From Macrostomum lignano (lineage: Eukaryota), in contig NIVC01001759.1 in assembly GCA_002269645.1 (NCBI GenBank), positions 107,723-171,722 on the forward strand: a DNA stretch of 64,000 bases. Reading direction: 5' to 3'. Both the position numbers and the translations under genes were made by a program. Each line of letters begins with the position of its first letter. The stretch's first letter is position 1. Under the pieces are notes generated by a model. It made no database searches. It was not told the DNA's origin and worked only from the letters and a program-made list of their open reading frames with translations. Shown in pieces: positions 39,404 to 53,170 of this stretch.

Positions 39404-40849
39404 ATATATTGTATCTGAGCCTGAGCATTCAAAAAGCAAGAAATCTCTAAGTAATGCACTGTTTTATATGATACAAAGGTTGTTATTGCATCCTAGCAGA
39501 CGTTTGGGGATTCGGGAAAATGGAGGACGGGGGGGGGTATCTTCTTTGCGTCAAGGAAAGCAAAGCCACTGGAGGAAAATAGAAGATCTTCGGAGCTGCT
39601 AAGATTCTTGGTACAGATAAAAGAAAGTAAGAAAAGAGCTTGATATACAACCGGCCTGCTTGAGAAAGCAATTCTCTTCGGCTCCGAATGGAAAAATAGA
39701 TGTCACTGATGAAGAGCAATCAAGGCGGTAAACTTACTGGCGGAACTGTTTTTCTGCCCAACCGAACCGAGTGGCCTTATAAATGAACGAAGTTATTTAC
39801 GTGAACATGATAGCACTTACTGGACTCTGGGAAATCTTCATGTCTGCCCAGTCAGGCTGCAGGTGTTTTTCTTCTTTGTAAACTTAGAAAGTACATAAAA
39901 GTACGTTTTTTGCACAATAACAAACCTGTTTGATGTAGAAATTTTCATAGTTCTCCTAGTCACTTGGCTTCATAAACTCCAACACAATCTCCAAGCCGGT
40001 ATAGCTGAAAAATCACAGACCCTCGGCACCCACCCGCCATCATGCCAATTAAAACGCCATCCACTGGGCTTCAGCACATTGAGCAGCCCTTCTTGGCAAC
40101 TATAGGATTGAAGGATCAAATAAGCTTTTACAGAAAAAAATTGTCTAGGGTTGTTTTCCACTTCGTTTACGCCAGGAAATTCCCTCATTCGTTGCAGTTC
40201 CACGGCGACACACAAGTTGGAGTCTAACTAATACTTTTGAAGAGTTCAATGATCATTTTACTTGGCCAAGTGTCTGCGAGCCGGCTCGATGCGGTAGCTT
40301 GAGGCCTAATTAGGCTGGAACAGTTTCATAGACTCGAGTAAAAAGGTGTTCGGCCGTGTGACACCCCACCAAGGCAGGCGCCACTCGAATGTGAGGTGCA
40401 ATGGATGGATAAATTGGTGGATGAGCTCGTGGTCGGCCGGCTTCTCAAGAGGTCCGAGAGCATAAGAAGAGGTTGGCGACAAAAAGTAGACCATAGACCC
40501 GGATTTCCAGGCCTTGGCAATCGTGCGCTGCGCGAGCGAACAAATTAGCCAAGCCAATGAGACCATAGAGATTGCTCTCCCATTATACCTTTTTTCAAGA
40601 TTCCTCTCAGCTCGAGTTTTCCAAGTTTCAACGACGCCGCGCTTCCTAATGATCTCTGCTCTACTCTTGGATTTCGCAGCCTCGAGCCGGCGCCGCCATC
40701 AACAGCCCACTCTAGAGTCTAGATCTTCCCAGAGTACTATCAAAACAGCTTTTTGCCCTAGGCAACTAGACAATGTCAGGTGGTCTCTACCTATAACCAT
40801 TGGAAGAATCTCTGCCTTCCTCTGCTGTCTCTTCCTTCGGTGGAGTCTC

Positions 40850-41957
40850 TATCCTCAGTGGAGTCTACCCTCAGTGGAGTGTCCTGTCCACCTTCAGTGG
40901 AGTGTCTACCCTCAGTGGAGTGTCTACCCTCAGTGGAGTGTCTACCCTCAGTGGAGTGTCTACCCTCAGTGGAGTGTCTACCCTCAGTCGAGTGTCTACC
41001 CTCAGTGGAGTGTCCACCCTCAGTGGAGTGTCCACCCTCGGTCGAGTGTCCACCCTCAGTGGAGTGTCTACCCTCAGTGGAGTGTCTACCCTCTGTGGAG
41101 TGTCTACCCTCAGTGGAGTGTCTACCTTCAGTGGAGTGTCCACCCTAAGTGGAGTGTCCACCCTAAGTGGAGTGTCTACCCCCTCAGTGGAGTGTCTACC
41201 CTCAGTGGAGTGTCTACCCTCAGTCGAGTGTCTACCCCCTCAGTGGAGTGTCTACCCTCAGTCGAGTGTCTACCCTCAGTCGAGTGTCTACCCTCAGTGG
41301 AGTGTCTACCCTCAGTCGAGTGTCTACCCTCAGTGGAGTGTCTACCCTCAGTGGAGTGTCCACCCTCTGTGGAGTGTCTACCCTCAGTGGAGTGTCCACC
41401 CTCTGTGGAGTGTCCACCCTCTGTGGAGTGTCCACCCTCGGTCGAGTGTCCACCCTCAGTGGAGTGTCTACCCTCAGTGGAGTGTCTACCCTCAGTCGAG
41501 TGTCTACCCCCTCAGTGGAGTGTCTACCCCCTCAGTGGAGTGTCTACCCCTCAGTGGAGTGTCTACCTTCAGTGGAGTGTCCACCCTAAGTGGAGTGTCC
41601 ACCCTAAGTGGAGTGTCCACCCTAAGTGGAGTGTCTACCTTCAGTGGAGTGTCCACCCTAAGTGGAGTGTCTACCCTCAGTGGAGTGTCCACCCTCAGTG
41701 GAGTGTCTACCCTCAGTGGAGTGTCTACCCTCAGTGGAGTGTCTACCCTCAGTGGAGTGTCCACCCTCAGTGGAGTGTCCACCCTCAGTGGAGTGTCTAC
41801 CCTCAGTGGAGTGTCTACCCTCAGTGGAGTGTCTACCCTCAGTGGAGTGTCCACCCTCAGTGGAGTGTCTACCCTCAGTCGAGTGTCTACCCCCTCAGTC
41901 GAGTGTCTACCCCCTCAGTGGAGTGTCTACCCCTCAGTGGAGTGTCTACCCTCAGTG
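40850..41957. repeat. Minisatellite, 18 bp unit CCCTCAGTGGAGTGT(C/T)(C/T)A
   Basis: About 60 copies with C-run indels; source of the PSVECL, SGVSTL and QWSVYP ORFs. Confidence 0.97.
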
Positions 41958-42891
41958 GGTCGTGAGTCGTGATGAAGCTTAGGGAGGCTGTTTCACATCC
42001 CCCAATTCACACTCCTCAAATTCACACTCCCCAAATTCACATTCGGTGTGAAAAAGCAGTTTATGAAAGCCGGTGATGATATTAATAGTTTAGCTTTTTA
42101 TATCCCGTTACTCCCTGGCTAGGATAATAGATAGATGTAGAACTAAATGCCTATGCCGGTGCCGGGATGACACAGTGTATTTCGCCGCTTTCCCTTATAC
42201 AATACACAGTATGTATGAACTGAGACCTATGCATTATTATATATAGTCTAGCCCTGCCCATAACCGTATCAATATCAATTGAAAAGCTCCAACCGACTGA
42301 AGGAACTGGAAACCCGGCAGTCCAACCCTCGGAACCTGGGAACAAAACGGCTGAGCAAGGGGAGGGGAGAGGAGTTACCAGACTACCAGACAGGGGGGAG
42401 AAGAGCAGATCTCTTCTAAGCAGAGACCCGCCCGAGACTGGACAATAGAGAGTTGGAGTGGAGGTTGAGCAGCTTGCTTGTGAATTTGAAAGGAAGAGTA
42501 TATTTATGAGCAGGATCAAGTCTGAAAGGGGACTGGCGGGCAAGAAGGAAACGGGCCGTTTCTCTACCAGCATGCACTGCCGCCGCCACCGCGTTTGAAT
42601 ATGCATTTGACGCTTGAATTATTGCCGGGGTCCGCTGGAGGGGTCGGGAATTATAGAGCCGCTTGTGGGAAAGAATAGATTTTTAATGTAGTCGAGACTC
42701 ATGGACTACCAGCTAGTAGTAATTGGAGTGGAAACTGCCGGACTTGCGGTTCATTTCAAGTAGCGCATTCTCACCTATGTCTAAGTCACACGCTAAATTG
42801 ATAAAGGGATCGGGTAGCTACACGAGTAATAAGGAGAGTTTTTCGGAATACGAAAGTCCAGAATCAGCAGGTTATACAGTCCATTTAGTGC

Positions 42892-43500
42892 TAGGGTCGG
42901 CAAACTCCGGCTCGCCAAGCCTCTCTATCCGGCCCTCGGGTCCTTTGAAACTTTGGAATAGCAACCCGGCCCGCTCAAGGTCTCTTCTCAGCTCTCCTAT
43001 CCCCTCTCCTCTCGTCTCCCCTCTCCTCTCCTCTCTCCTCTCTCCTCTCCCCTCTCCTCTCTCCTCTCCTCCCTCCTCTCCCCTCTCCCCTCTCCCCTCT
43101 CCTCTCCCCTCTCCTCTCTCCTCTCCCCTCTCCTCTCTCCTCTCCCCTCTCCTCTCTCCTCTCCCCTCTCCTCTCTCCTCTCCCTCTCCCCTCTCCTCTC
43201 TCCTCTCTCCTCTCTCCTCTCTCCTCTCTCCTCTCTCCTCTCCCCTCTCCTCTCTCCTCTCTCCTCTCCTCTCCCTCTCCCCTCTCCCCTCTCCTCTCCC
43301 CTCTCCTCTCTCCTCTCCCCTCTCCCCTCTCCTCTCCCTCTCCTCTCTCCTCTCCCCTCTCCTCTCTCCTCTCCTCTCTCCTCTCCCCTCTCCCCTCTCC
43401 TCTCTCCTCTCCTCTCTCCTCTCCTCTCCTCTCCCTCTCCTCTCCCCTCTCCCCTCTCCTCTCTCCTCTCCCCTCTCCCTTCCCCTCTCCTCTCCCCTCT
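42892..43500 (+). mobile_element. hAT-like MITE, family copy 3 (5' part plus ~520 bp expanded CT core)
   Basis: TAGGGTCGGCAAACTCCGGCTCGCCAAGCCTCTCTATCCGGCCCTCGGGTCC...CCGGCCCGCTCAAGG matches copies 1 and 2; 3' TIR not seen. Confidence 0.72.
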
Positions 43501-43933
43501 CCTGTTGATAATGCAGGCCTCCTTGTACTTCAGCTGTCCGCGACTCCACAGTTCGTTTTTATCAGAATTTCAGACATGTTAAGAAACAAATTCGCTTGCT
43601 TCCGAAGTTAATAGACTATTATGAGGTCCGTTCCAGACACTATTTTCTAGTATTCCATGGTCAGACTTGGCTGTCATATGATCAACAAATCTCCTTAGTT
43701 GGAAGGGATCTATCATTTGTCTCCCATGCAGGCCGCCAGAAGCTACCCGGTCGCTGATGCGGGCTAGGAATTCAATGCAGATCTTCGCTCCCCTTGCTGT
43801 TTATCATTTTCCCCCTCAATTCTGGTGAAATTATCGCACAACTGGTTGCGCGCTGGCTGGCTGGCTAAAGGGATACAGGACAGACAGGTCTTCAAACTGT
43901 GAAATTAATTAACTCAACTTGGCGCACCTAAAG

Positions 43934-43969
43934 TCCCTGGTTCGATTCCGTGCGCGGCCGCATTCGTTT
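43934..43969 (+). mobile_element. Putative tRNA-derived SINE head (B box)
   Basis: GGTTCGATTCC at 43939-43949; 30/36 identical to 62981-63016. Confidence 0.4.
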
Positions 43970-44107
43970 TCGTGCGATTCACAAGGCACAGCCATGAGTG
44001 CCAGCCCCCATGGCACAGACAGTGTACATGCCTGGCGATTGGCAAGTCAGAGGGCCGATGTACACCCTGTGTGAGCGTGTGTATGAGTGCGTACCTGAGT
44101 ACAGTAT

Positions 44108-44678
44108 TGAGGCTGAGAGTGACATGCTATCGAGAGTGAGCTGAGAGTTGAGAGTGACATGCTTATCGAGAGTGAGCTGGAGGCTGAGAGTGACATGCTA
44201 TCGAGAGTGAACTGAAAGTTGAGAGTGACATGCTATCGAGAGTGAGCTGAGAGTTGAGAGTGACATGCTATCGAGAGTGAACTGAAAGTTAAGAGTGACA
44301 TGCTATCGAGAGTGAGCTGAGAGTTGAGAGTGACATGCTATCGAGAGTGAACTGAAAGTTGAGAGTGACATGCTATCGAGAGTGAGCTGAGAGTTGAGAG
44401 TGACATGCTATCGAGAGTGAACTGAAGGCTGAGAGTGACATGCCTATCGAGAGTGAACTCAGTGAACTGAGGGTTGAGAGTGACATGGTATCGAGAGTGA
44501 ACTGAGACTTGATAGTGACATGCTATCGAGAGTGAACTGAAGGCTGAGAGTGACATGCTATCGAGAGTGAACTGAGTTGAGAGTGACATGCTATCGAGAG
44601 TGAGCTGAGAGTTGAGAGTGACATGCTATAGACAGTGAGCTGAGAGTTGAGAGTGACATGCTATCGAGAGTGAACTGC
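44108..44678. repeat. Minisatellite, ~35 bp unit GAGAGTGACATGCTATCGAGAGTGA(G/A)CTGA(G/A)AGTT
   Basis: About 16 tandem copies. Confidence 0.95.
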
Positions 44679-45464
44679 ATCAGTTAGCTTGGTTGAATTT
44701 GTTAGAGTGAACTACTTCGTCCATAATGAGCTAGTAAACTAAATAGTGAGCTAATTACCCAGACCAGAAAGCTTAACATCGTATTGGAAAACCGGTTTAC
44801 GGGAAATCGCACTGTTTTTTTCAAACAAAAAATCTAAGAAGCAAAGATTAGAAACTCACTGGCTCTACTGAACAAGGTTTTTCTTAAACGTCTTATATTA
44901 ATCTAATAAAACCTATATTTTCGTTTTTAGCCTCTGGTGTAAAAACTGTCACTACTGGAAACGCTTCAGCTGGACTGCATTCTGTGTTAGCTTGCAAGTT
45001 TTACTATCTCTTATCGCAACACTTTTTCCGTCTCCAACGTAAAAAGCAGAAGGCCCAAGCAAGCAGCTCAGATAGTGACTTGGGTTCCGACGACTGCTCA
45101 ACAAATCTTTATTTTGCCGTCCGCATGCATAGACGGGAAGTTTTGCAGACTAAGAAAAGTTTGCGCTTTTTATCAGGCCGAGCAGCTCTGCTTCGTGTTG
45201 TGCCATGTTGAATTGCTTGTGGCTTCTAAATTCACTGGTGACAGGGTTACTCTTTGCCTGCCCAGCTCCGACTCTGCACTGCCCTACCAGAGGTTCCGAT
45301 AAGATTTGGGGGGGGGGCGCTCAATCGGTGAGAATTGCTAACGGAGTTTTACTCCCGTCTTGTTTTTGTATGCCTTTTTTAGTTTTAGGCGTTTCTAATG
45401 TGTTAGAATAGAGTTATTTTTAAGAGAATTTCGGTTGCGTTAGCGGAGAATTTCGGTAGGGGGA

Positions 45465-45900
45465 GAAAATTTTGGTATCGGAGCATTTCGGTATGGGGAA
45501 TTTTGGTATCGGGGAATTTTGGTATGGGAGAATTTTGGTATCGGAGAATTTTGGTATGGGAGAATTTTGGTATCGGAGAATTTTGGTATGGGAGAATTTT
45601 GGTATCGGGAAATTTTGGTATGGGAGAATTTTGGTATCGGGAAATTTTGGTATGGGAGAATTTTGGTTTGGAAGAATTTTGGTTTGGAAGAATTTTGGTT
45701 TGGAAGAATTTGGTATGGAGGAATTTTGTAATGGGAGAAATTTGGTATGGGAGAATTTTGGTATCGGAGCATTTCGGTGTCGGGGAATTTAGGTATGAGA
45801 GAATTTTGGTATGGGAGAATTTTGGTTTGGAAGAATTTGGTATGGAGGAATTTTGTAATGGGAGAAATTTGGTATCGGAGAATTTTGGTATGGGAGAATT
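45465..45900. repeat. Minisatellite, 15-16 bp unit GGGAGAATTTTGGTAT(C)
   Basis: Degenerate tandem copies; source of the PKFSHTKI ORFs. Confidence 0.92.
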
Positions 45901-46544
45901 TCGTTTTCGAAGAATATCGGTACATGAGAATTTTGGTATCGGGGAATTATATTATTGGAGAATTTCAACAGAGGAGGCTAATGATTCTGGGAATTCCAGT
46001 ATTTCAAGTGTGCAAACTGATATTTTCCATAAGTTACAGGGATTAAACTGTGTGAATTCACGTGACTAATCAGTGGGATCGGAAACATTGGGATTAAGAA
46101 AAATGTAAAATTCGAAACAAAGTTCCGAACCAGATTCAGTTGACAGAGAGAAAAGAAAAAATAATCATATAAATATGAGAAAAGTTTAACACTGGAAAAA
46201 ATTTTACGCTGGGTCACGCTACGCTCAAGGCCTAAGCTTGGCTCTTATCTTATCTGTGCCTGATGTTTGGCACACAGACCGTGAGAGAGCGGGCACCGTG
46301 ACTCAATGGTGAATCAGGTTTCTCTGTTCGAAAGCTTGACCAGAAATGGCTGAGCTGAGTAGTCAGTTAGCCTTCTAGTTTGAGTCGAGCTTCATTCATG
46401 CACATTTTCGATGAAGGTGAGAACTATTTTATGAAGAATAAAACAAGTCATATCGGAGTAATAAATGTGAAACAGCGATGCATTTTGAAACATTTGTAGA
46501 GTTGGTGGTGAGCAGCTACTCGTGCTCCTTAATAGATAATAGGG

Positions 46545-47115
46545 TGAGGGAGAGTGGGTGAGAGGGAGAGTGGGTGAGAGGGAGAGTGGGTGAGAGGGAG
46601 AGTAGGTGAGAGGAAGAGTAGGTGAGAGGGAGAGTGGGTGAGAGGGAGAGTGGGTGAGAGGGAGAGTGGGTGAGAGGGGCGTGAGTGAGGGAGAGGGGGT
46701 GAAGGGGAGTGTAGGTGAGAGGGAGAGTGGGTGAGGGAGAGAGTGGGGGGAGGGAGAGTGGGTGAGGGAGAGAGTGGGGGGAGGGAGAGTGGGTGAGGGA
46801 GAGAGTGGGGGGAGGGAGTGAGTGAGGGGGAGAGTAGTTGAAAGAGAGAGTGGGTGAGAGGGAGAGAGAATGGGTGAGAATGTGTGGGTGAGAGGAAGCG
46901 TGGGTGAGGGAGAGAAGGTGAGAGCGAGAGAGTAGGTGAAAGGGAGTGCGTGAGAGGGAGTGTAGGTGATAGAGGGAGAGTGGGTTAGGGAGAGTGGGTT
47001 AGGGAGAGTGGGTTAGGGAGAGTGGGTTAGGGAGAGTGGGTTAGGGAGAGTGGGTTAGGGAGAGTGGGTTAGGGAGAGTGGGTTAGGGAGAGTGGGTTAG
47101 GGAGAGTGGGTGAGA
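46545..47115. repeat. G/A-rich tract ending in nine copies of GGGTTAGGGAGAGT
   Basis: Degenerate GGGTGAGAGGGAGAGT units, followed by the 14-bp TTAGGG-containing unit at 46981-47106. Confidence 0.92.
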
Positions 47116-47149
47116 GCGAGAGTGGGTGGTGAGTCGTAGTTAGGAAGAA

Positions 47150-48912
47150 GGAGAGAAGCTGCTGTAGTCAGATGTCATCAGGGAAGCTGTAGTCAGATGT
47201 CAGCAGAGAAAGAGAGAAGCTGTAGTCAAATGTCAGCAGAGAAAGAGAGAAGCTGTAGTCAGATGTCAGCAGAGAAAGAGAGAAGCTGTAGTCAAATGTC
47301 AGCAGAGAAGCTGTAGTCAGATGTCAGCAAAGAAGCTGTAGTCAGATGTTAGCAGAGAAGCTGTAGTCAGATGTCAGCAGAGCAAGAGAGAAGCTGTAGT
47401 CAAATGTCAGCAGAGAAAGAGAGAAGCTGTAGTCAGATGTCAGCAGAGAAAGAGAGAAGCTGTAGTCAAATGTCAGCAGAGAAGCTGTAGTCAGATGTCA
47501 GCAAAGAAGCTGTAGTCAGATGTTAGCAGAGAAGCTGTAGTCAGATGTCAGCAGAGAAGCTGTAGTCAGATGTCAGCAGAGAAGCTGTAGTCAGATGTCA
47601 GCAAAGAAGCTGTAGTCGGATGTCAGCAGAGAAGCTGTAGTCAGATTTCAGCAAAGAAGCTGTAGTCAGATGTCAGCAGAGAAGCTGTAGTCAGATGTCA
47701 GCAAAGAAGCTGTAGTCAGATGTCAGCAGAGAAGCTGTAGTCAGATGTCAGCAGAGAAAGAGAGAAGCTGTAGTCAAATGTCAGCAGAGAAAGAGAGAAG
47801 CTGTAGTCAGATGTCAGCAGATAAAGAGAGAAGCTGTAGTCAAATGTCAGCAGAGAAAGAGAGAAGCTGTAGTCAAATGTCAGCAGAGAAAGAGAGAAGC
47901 TGTAGTCAGATGTCAGCAGAGAAGCTGTAGTCAGATGTCAGCAGAGAAGCTGTAGTCAGATGTCAGCAGAGAAGCTGTAGTCAGATGTCAGCAAAGAAGC
48001 TGTAGTCAGATGTCAGCAGAGAAGCTGTAGTCAGATGTCAGCAGAGAAAGAGAGAAGCTGTAGTCAAATGTCAGCAGAGAAAAGAGAGAAGCTGTAGTCA
48101 GATGTCAGCAGAGAAAGAGAGAAGCTGTAGTCAGATGTCAGCAGAGAAAGAGAGAAGCTGTAGTCAAATGTCAGCAGAGAAAGAGAGAAGCTGTAGTCAA
48201 ATGTCAGCAGAGAAAGAGAGAAGCTGTAGTCAAATGTCAGCAGAGAAGCTGTAGTCAGATGTCAGCAGAGAAGCTGTAGTCAGATGTCAGCAGAGAAGCT
48301 GTAGTCAGATGTCAGCAAAGAAGCTGTAGTCAGATGTCAGCAGAGAAGCTGTAGTCAGATGTCAGCATAGAAGCTGTAGTCAGATGTCAGCAGAGAAGCT
48401 GTAGTCAGATGTCAGCATAGAAGCTGTAGTCAGATGTCAGCAGAGAAGCTGTAGTCAGATGTCAGCAAAGAAGCTGTAGTCAGATGTCAGCAAAGAAGCT
48501 GTAGTCAGATGTCAGCAAAGAAGCTGTAGTCAGATGTCAGCAGAGAAGCTGTAGTCAGATGTCAGCAGAGAAGCTGTAGTCAGATGTTAGCAGAGAAGCT
48601 GTAGTCAGATGTCAGCAGAGAAGCTGTAGTCAGATGTCAGCATAGAAGCTGTAGTCAGATGTCAGCAGAGAAGCTGTAGTCAGATGTCAGCAGAGAAGCT
48701 GTAGTCAGATGTCAGCAGAGAAGCTGTAGTCAGATGTCAGCAGAGAAGCTGTATAGTCAGATGTCAGCATAGAAGCTGTAGTCAGATGTCAGCAGAGAAG
48801 CTGTATAGTCAGATGTCAGCAGAGAAGCTGTAGTCAGATGTCAGCAGAGAAGCTGTAGTCAAATGTCAGCAGAGAAAGAGAGAAGCTGTAGTCAGATGTC
48901 AGCAAAGAAGCT
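47150..48912. repeat. Minisatellite, 25 bp unit GAAGCTGTAGTCAGATGTCAGCAGA with 33 bp (+GAAAGAGA) variant
   Basis: More than 60 tandem copies; source of the MSAEKERSCSQ ORFs. Confidence 0.97.
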
Positions 48913-50204
48913 GTATGCCACAGCGTGTAGAAATGTAGGGGAACCTATCCTCGCCAGTGTGTGGATGATAACAATGGAGCTCCAGACTCACCAATGCCGT
49001 GCAGCAGTTCGGACTTTTCAACAATTCGATGAGGCTGAGGAGACTGACCACCTTCAGCCATGGCTGGCGCAGAGAAGGAGAGCTGGCTTGGTCCGCTGGT
49101 TGCGAAGGTGATCTGGGAGCGCCAGACTCCAGGCGTATTCGAAGCTACAAAAGCCGGGACCAGCTATTCGGCCAGATAATGAGCGACTCGAGAGCGCCAG
49201 AAAGCAGAGCCCTGGTTCAATAAATAAGCCCCAAAAACTGCCGGAGTCAACCCCGCCCGCTCTGATAAGGAAACACTGAGGCCTCTGCCCGCCGAGCCCC
49301 TCTGTTCCACAAGAGCTGAGAGTTACAATCAGAACCCGCGCTGCACAGACTCCGCTTCTCGCCAGAGGGGACACAGTTGAAAGGGCAATAATACACGCTG
49401 CATCGGGTTAATTAAGACTCGGCTGGGTTTGAGCAATATTTTCGGAAAAGCTATCGAACTCCCAACAGCGGTTATCGGGGAAGAAAGGGGTTATTGGGAC
49501 AGAGAGAGAGAGAGAGGGGAGTTTGGGGAAGCGAGTCTCTTATCAGGGCAAATATTTGTTAGAAAATTTTTGGCGACTTTCGCAGTAACTTCCCTCTCCC
49601 GCCGCTGCCCGCCCGCCGATGCGACCGACGCCTTTCAAACGGACAGATGACGGCTAATCGACAGTGGAGATCCGGGCAAGAAACAGGCGGACCAGCGCTG
49701 TTGGGGGGGTCTCTCGATTTTCCCCTGAAATCTGCCGAACCTTCCTTATCTTGCTTATGAGGGCCCGGGGGGAGCTGTGGGATTTGCTTAACTGCTGGCA
49801 AATTTCATGCTGAGTTGATAAGGCCTGTGATATATTGCTTCACCGCCCCCCCCCCGGAAGAGCGGTTCGAATCTGAGTGAGAGGGAGACTTTGAGCAAAT
49901 AATTCGGCAAATAAGATTGAAATCCCCGAGTTTTGCAGATCCGCGTGCAGTTGCGAGTTCGATTCGATAGGGTTCCGAGCTTGAGGCAAGCCATTCGAGG
50001 CCAACATGTTGCATTTTCTCTGCTGCACCAGATGAGATAACAGATTTTAAACTCGTGTTCCCAATGCTCATGCGACCGGGATTCGAATGCGAACAGACTT
50101 TGTTGCGAATGTCAGAATTGAAACTTTGTTTAACTTGCTTAAAAGTTCCTGCCTAAAATTCCTGCTTAAAATTTCCACGGAAAGTTTCGGCTTCTGAATG
50201 GAGA

Positions 50205-51310
50205 CTGAGAGGTGGAGACTGAAAGGTAAAGAGTGAGATTTAGAGAGAGAGAGGTGGAGACTGAAAGGTAAAGAGTGAGAGGTGGAGACTGAAAGGTAAA
50301 GAGTGAGAGGTGGAGACTGAAAGGTAAAGAGTGAGAGGTGGAGACTGAGAGTTAGATAGTGAGAGGTTGAGAGTGAGAGTTAGAGAGTGAGAGGTGGAGA
50401 CTGACAGTTAGATAGTGAGAGGTGGAGACTGAGAGTTAGAGAGTGAGAGGTTGAGACTGAGAGTTAGAGAGTGAGAGGTTGAGACTGAGAGTTAGATAGT
50501 GAGAGGTGGAGACTGAGAGTTAGAGAGGGAGAGGTGGAGACTGAGAGTTAGAGAGTGAGAGGTGGAAACTGAGAGTTAGAGAGTGAGAGGTTGAGACTGA
50601 GAGTTAGATAGTGAGAGGTTGAGACTGATAGTTAGAGAGTGAGAGGTGGAGACTGAGAGTTAGAGAGTGAGAGGTTGAGACTGAGAGTTAGAGAGTGAGA
50701 GGTGGAGACTGAGAGTTAGAGAGTGAGAGGTGGAGACTGAGAGTTAGATAGTGAGAGGTGGAGACTGAGAGTTAGAGAGGGAGAGGTGGAGACTGAGAGT
50801 TAGAGAGTGAGAGGTGCAGACTGAGAGTTAGAGAGTGAGAGGTGGAGACTGAGAGTTAGATAGTGAGAGGTTGAGAGTGAGAGTTAGAGAGTGAGAGGTT
50901 GAGAGTGAGAGTTAGAGAGAGAGAGGTGGAGACTGAGAGTTAGAGAGTGAGAGGTGGAGACTGAGAGTTAGAGAGTGAGAGGTGGAGACTGAGAGTTAGA
51001 GAGTGAGAGGTGGAGACTGAGAGTTAGAGAGTGAGAGGTGGAAACTGAGAGTTAGAGAGTGAGAGGTGGAAACTGAGAGTTAGAGAGTGAGAGGTGGAGA
51101 CTGAGAGTTAGATAGTGAGAGGTGGAGACTGAGAGTTAGAGAGTGAGAGGTGGAAACTGAGAGTTAGAGAGTGAGAGGTGGAAACTGAGAGTTAGAGAGT
51201 GAGAGGTGGAGACTGAGAGTTAGATAGTGAGAGGTTGAGAGTGAGAGTTAGAGAGTGAGAGGTGGAGACTGAGAGTTAGAAAGTGAGAGGTAGAGACTGA
51301 GAGTTAGATA
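50205..51310. repeat. Minisatellite, 28 bp unit GAGAGTGAGAGGTGGAGACTGAGAGTTA
   Basis: About 39 tandem copies. Confidence 0.96.
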
Positions 51311-51964
51311 GTTCTATCTTAACTCGTTAGCAAACTAAAAAGTTGGCAAACTGTAAAGTGTGCAGAGAGAAATGTCTGACAATAGAAAATCTGTCAGCTG
51401 TTTATAGCTGCCTGGAAAGCAATTCAGTCCACACCTCAGCCCACAAGCGCAGCATCTGTAATTACAGTCGGGTTTCACCTGCTGCTTTCATTGCTCCTAC
51501 TGACCGTTTCTCCCCTGAGGACTCGAGTTTCCACTTTGGATGGAATGACAGAATGGAGAAACTGTAACAGAGAAACAGAGGCGGCTCGAGATTCCAGTTT
51601 GATAACTTGAGAAGCCGAAGTGGACAAGAGAGTAAAGTTCGGTCATTTGTCTAATCTCTGCGCCCTCCTGCTGAGAAAAATGCTCCGATTCGAGGCCGTC
51701 AGACAGTAGGACCGCCTGCGGCGTACGGATACCTGAGTCCTTAGCAGCAGCGGTCCAGCTTTTAAATTATACTCGTATTTGAGCCAATTTGTCTCTTTAT
51801 TGTTAGCATTGTGCAAAAAGTGGCTCTCAACTCATGGAGTGGCTTTTATCTTGTTCTCAGCGATCATAATTCACGAATCCTACAGCTGTACTGTCAGTAG
51901 CTAAGTTTGCTCTTGTCACTGTATTTTGATGGGATAAAAAAGTTGATTTAAAAACCTGTTTTCA

Positions 51965-53170
51965 AATCATGCCAGTATTTGACACTAATTACCTGTATCT
52001 GGCACCCATTGTCTTTATCTGACACTAATTTCCTGTATCTGACACCCATTGTCTATATCTGACACTAATTTCCTATATCTCACACTAACTACCGATCTGA
52101 CACCCAGTGCTTGTATCTGACGCTTAAATTTAGCATCTGACACTCAGTTTTAGCATTTGACACTCAGTTTTAGCATCTGACACTCAGTTTTAGCATCTGA
52201 CACTCAGTTTTAGCATCTGACACTCAATTTTAGCATTTGACACTCAATTTTAGCATCTGACACTCAATTTTAGCATCTGACACTCAGTTTTAGCATCTGA
52301 CACTCAGCGATTTTAGCATCTGACACTCAGTTTTAGCATCTGACACTCAATTTTAGCATTTGACACTCAATTTTAGCATCTGACACTCAGTTTTAGCATC
52401 TGACACTCAGCGATTTTAGCATCTGACACTCAGTTTTAGCATCTGACACTCAATTTTAGCATCTGACACTCAGTTTTAGCATCTCTCACTCAGTTTTAGC
52501 ATCTGACACTCAGCGATTTTAGCATCTGACACTCAATTTTAGCATCTGACACTCAGTTTTAGCATCTGACACTCAATTTTAGCATCTGACACTCAGTTTT
52601 AGCATCTGACACTCAGCGATTTTAGCATCTGACACTCAGCGATTTTAGCATCTGACACTCAGCGATTTTAGCATCTGACACTCAGCGATTTTAGCATCTG
52701 ACACTCAGTTTTAGCATCTGACACTCAGTGATTTTAGCATCTGACACTCAATGCCAGCATCTGACACTCAGCGATTTTAGCATCTGACACTCAATGCCAG
52801 CATCTGACACTCAACGATTTTAGCATCTGACACTCAATGCCAGCATCTGACACTCAACGATTTTAGCATCTGACACTCAATGCCAGCACCTGACACTCAA
52901 CAATTTTAGCATCTGACACTCAATGCCAGCATCTGACACTAAACGATTTTAGCATCTGACACTCAATGCCAGCATCTGACACTCAACGATTTTAGCATCT
53001 GACACACAATGCCAGCATCTGACACTCAATGCCAGCATCTGACACTCAATGCCAGCATCTGACACTCAATGCCAGCATCTGACACTCAATGCCAGCATCT
53101 GACACTCGACGATTTTAGCATCTGACACTCAATGCCAGCATCTGACACTCAATGCCAGCATCTGACACTC
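51965..53170. repeat. Minisatellite, 20-23 bp units around the core AGCATCTGACACTCA
   Basis: Tandem copies; the variant composition changes progressively along the array. Confidence 0.96.
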
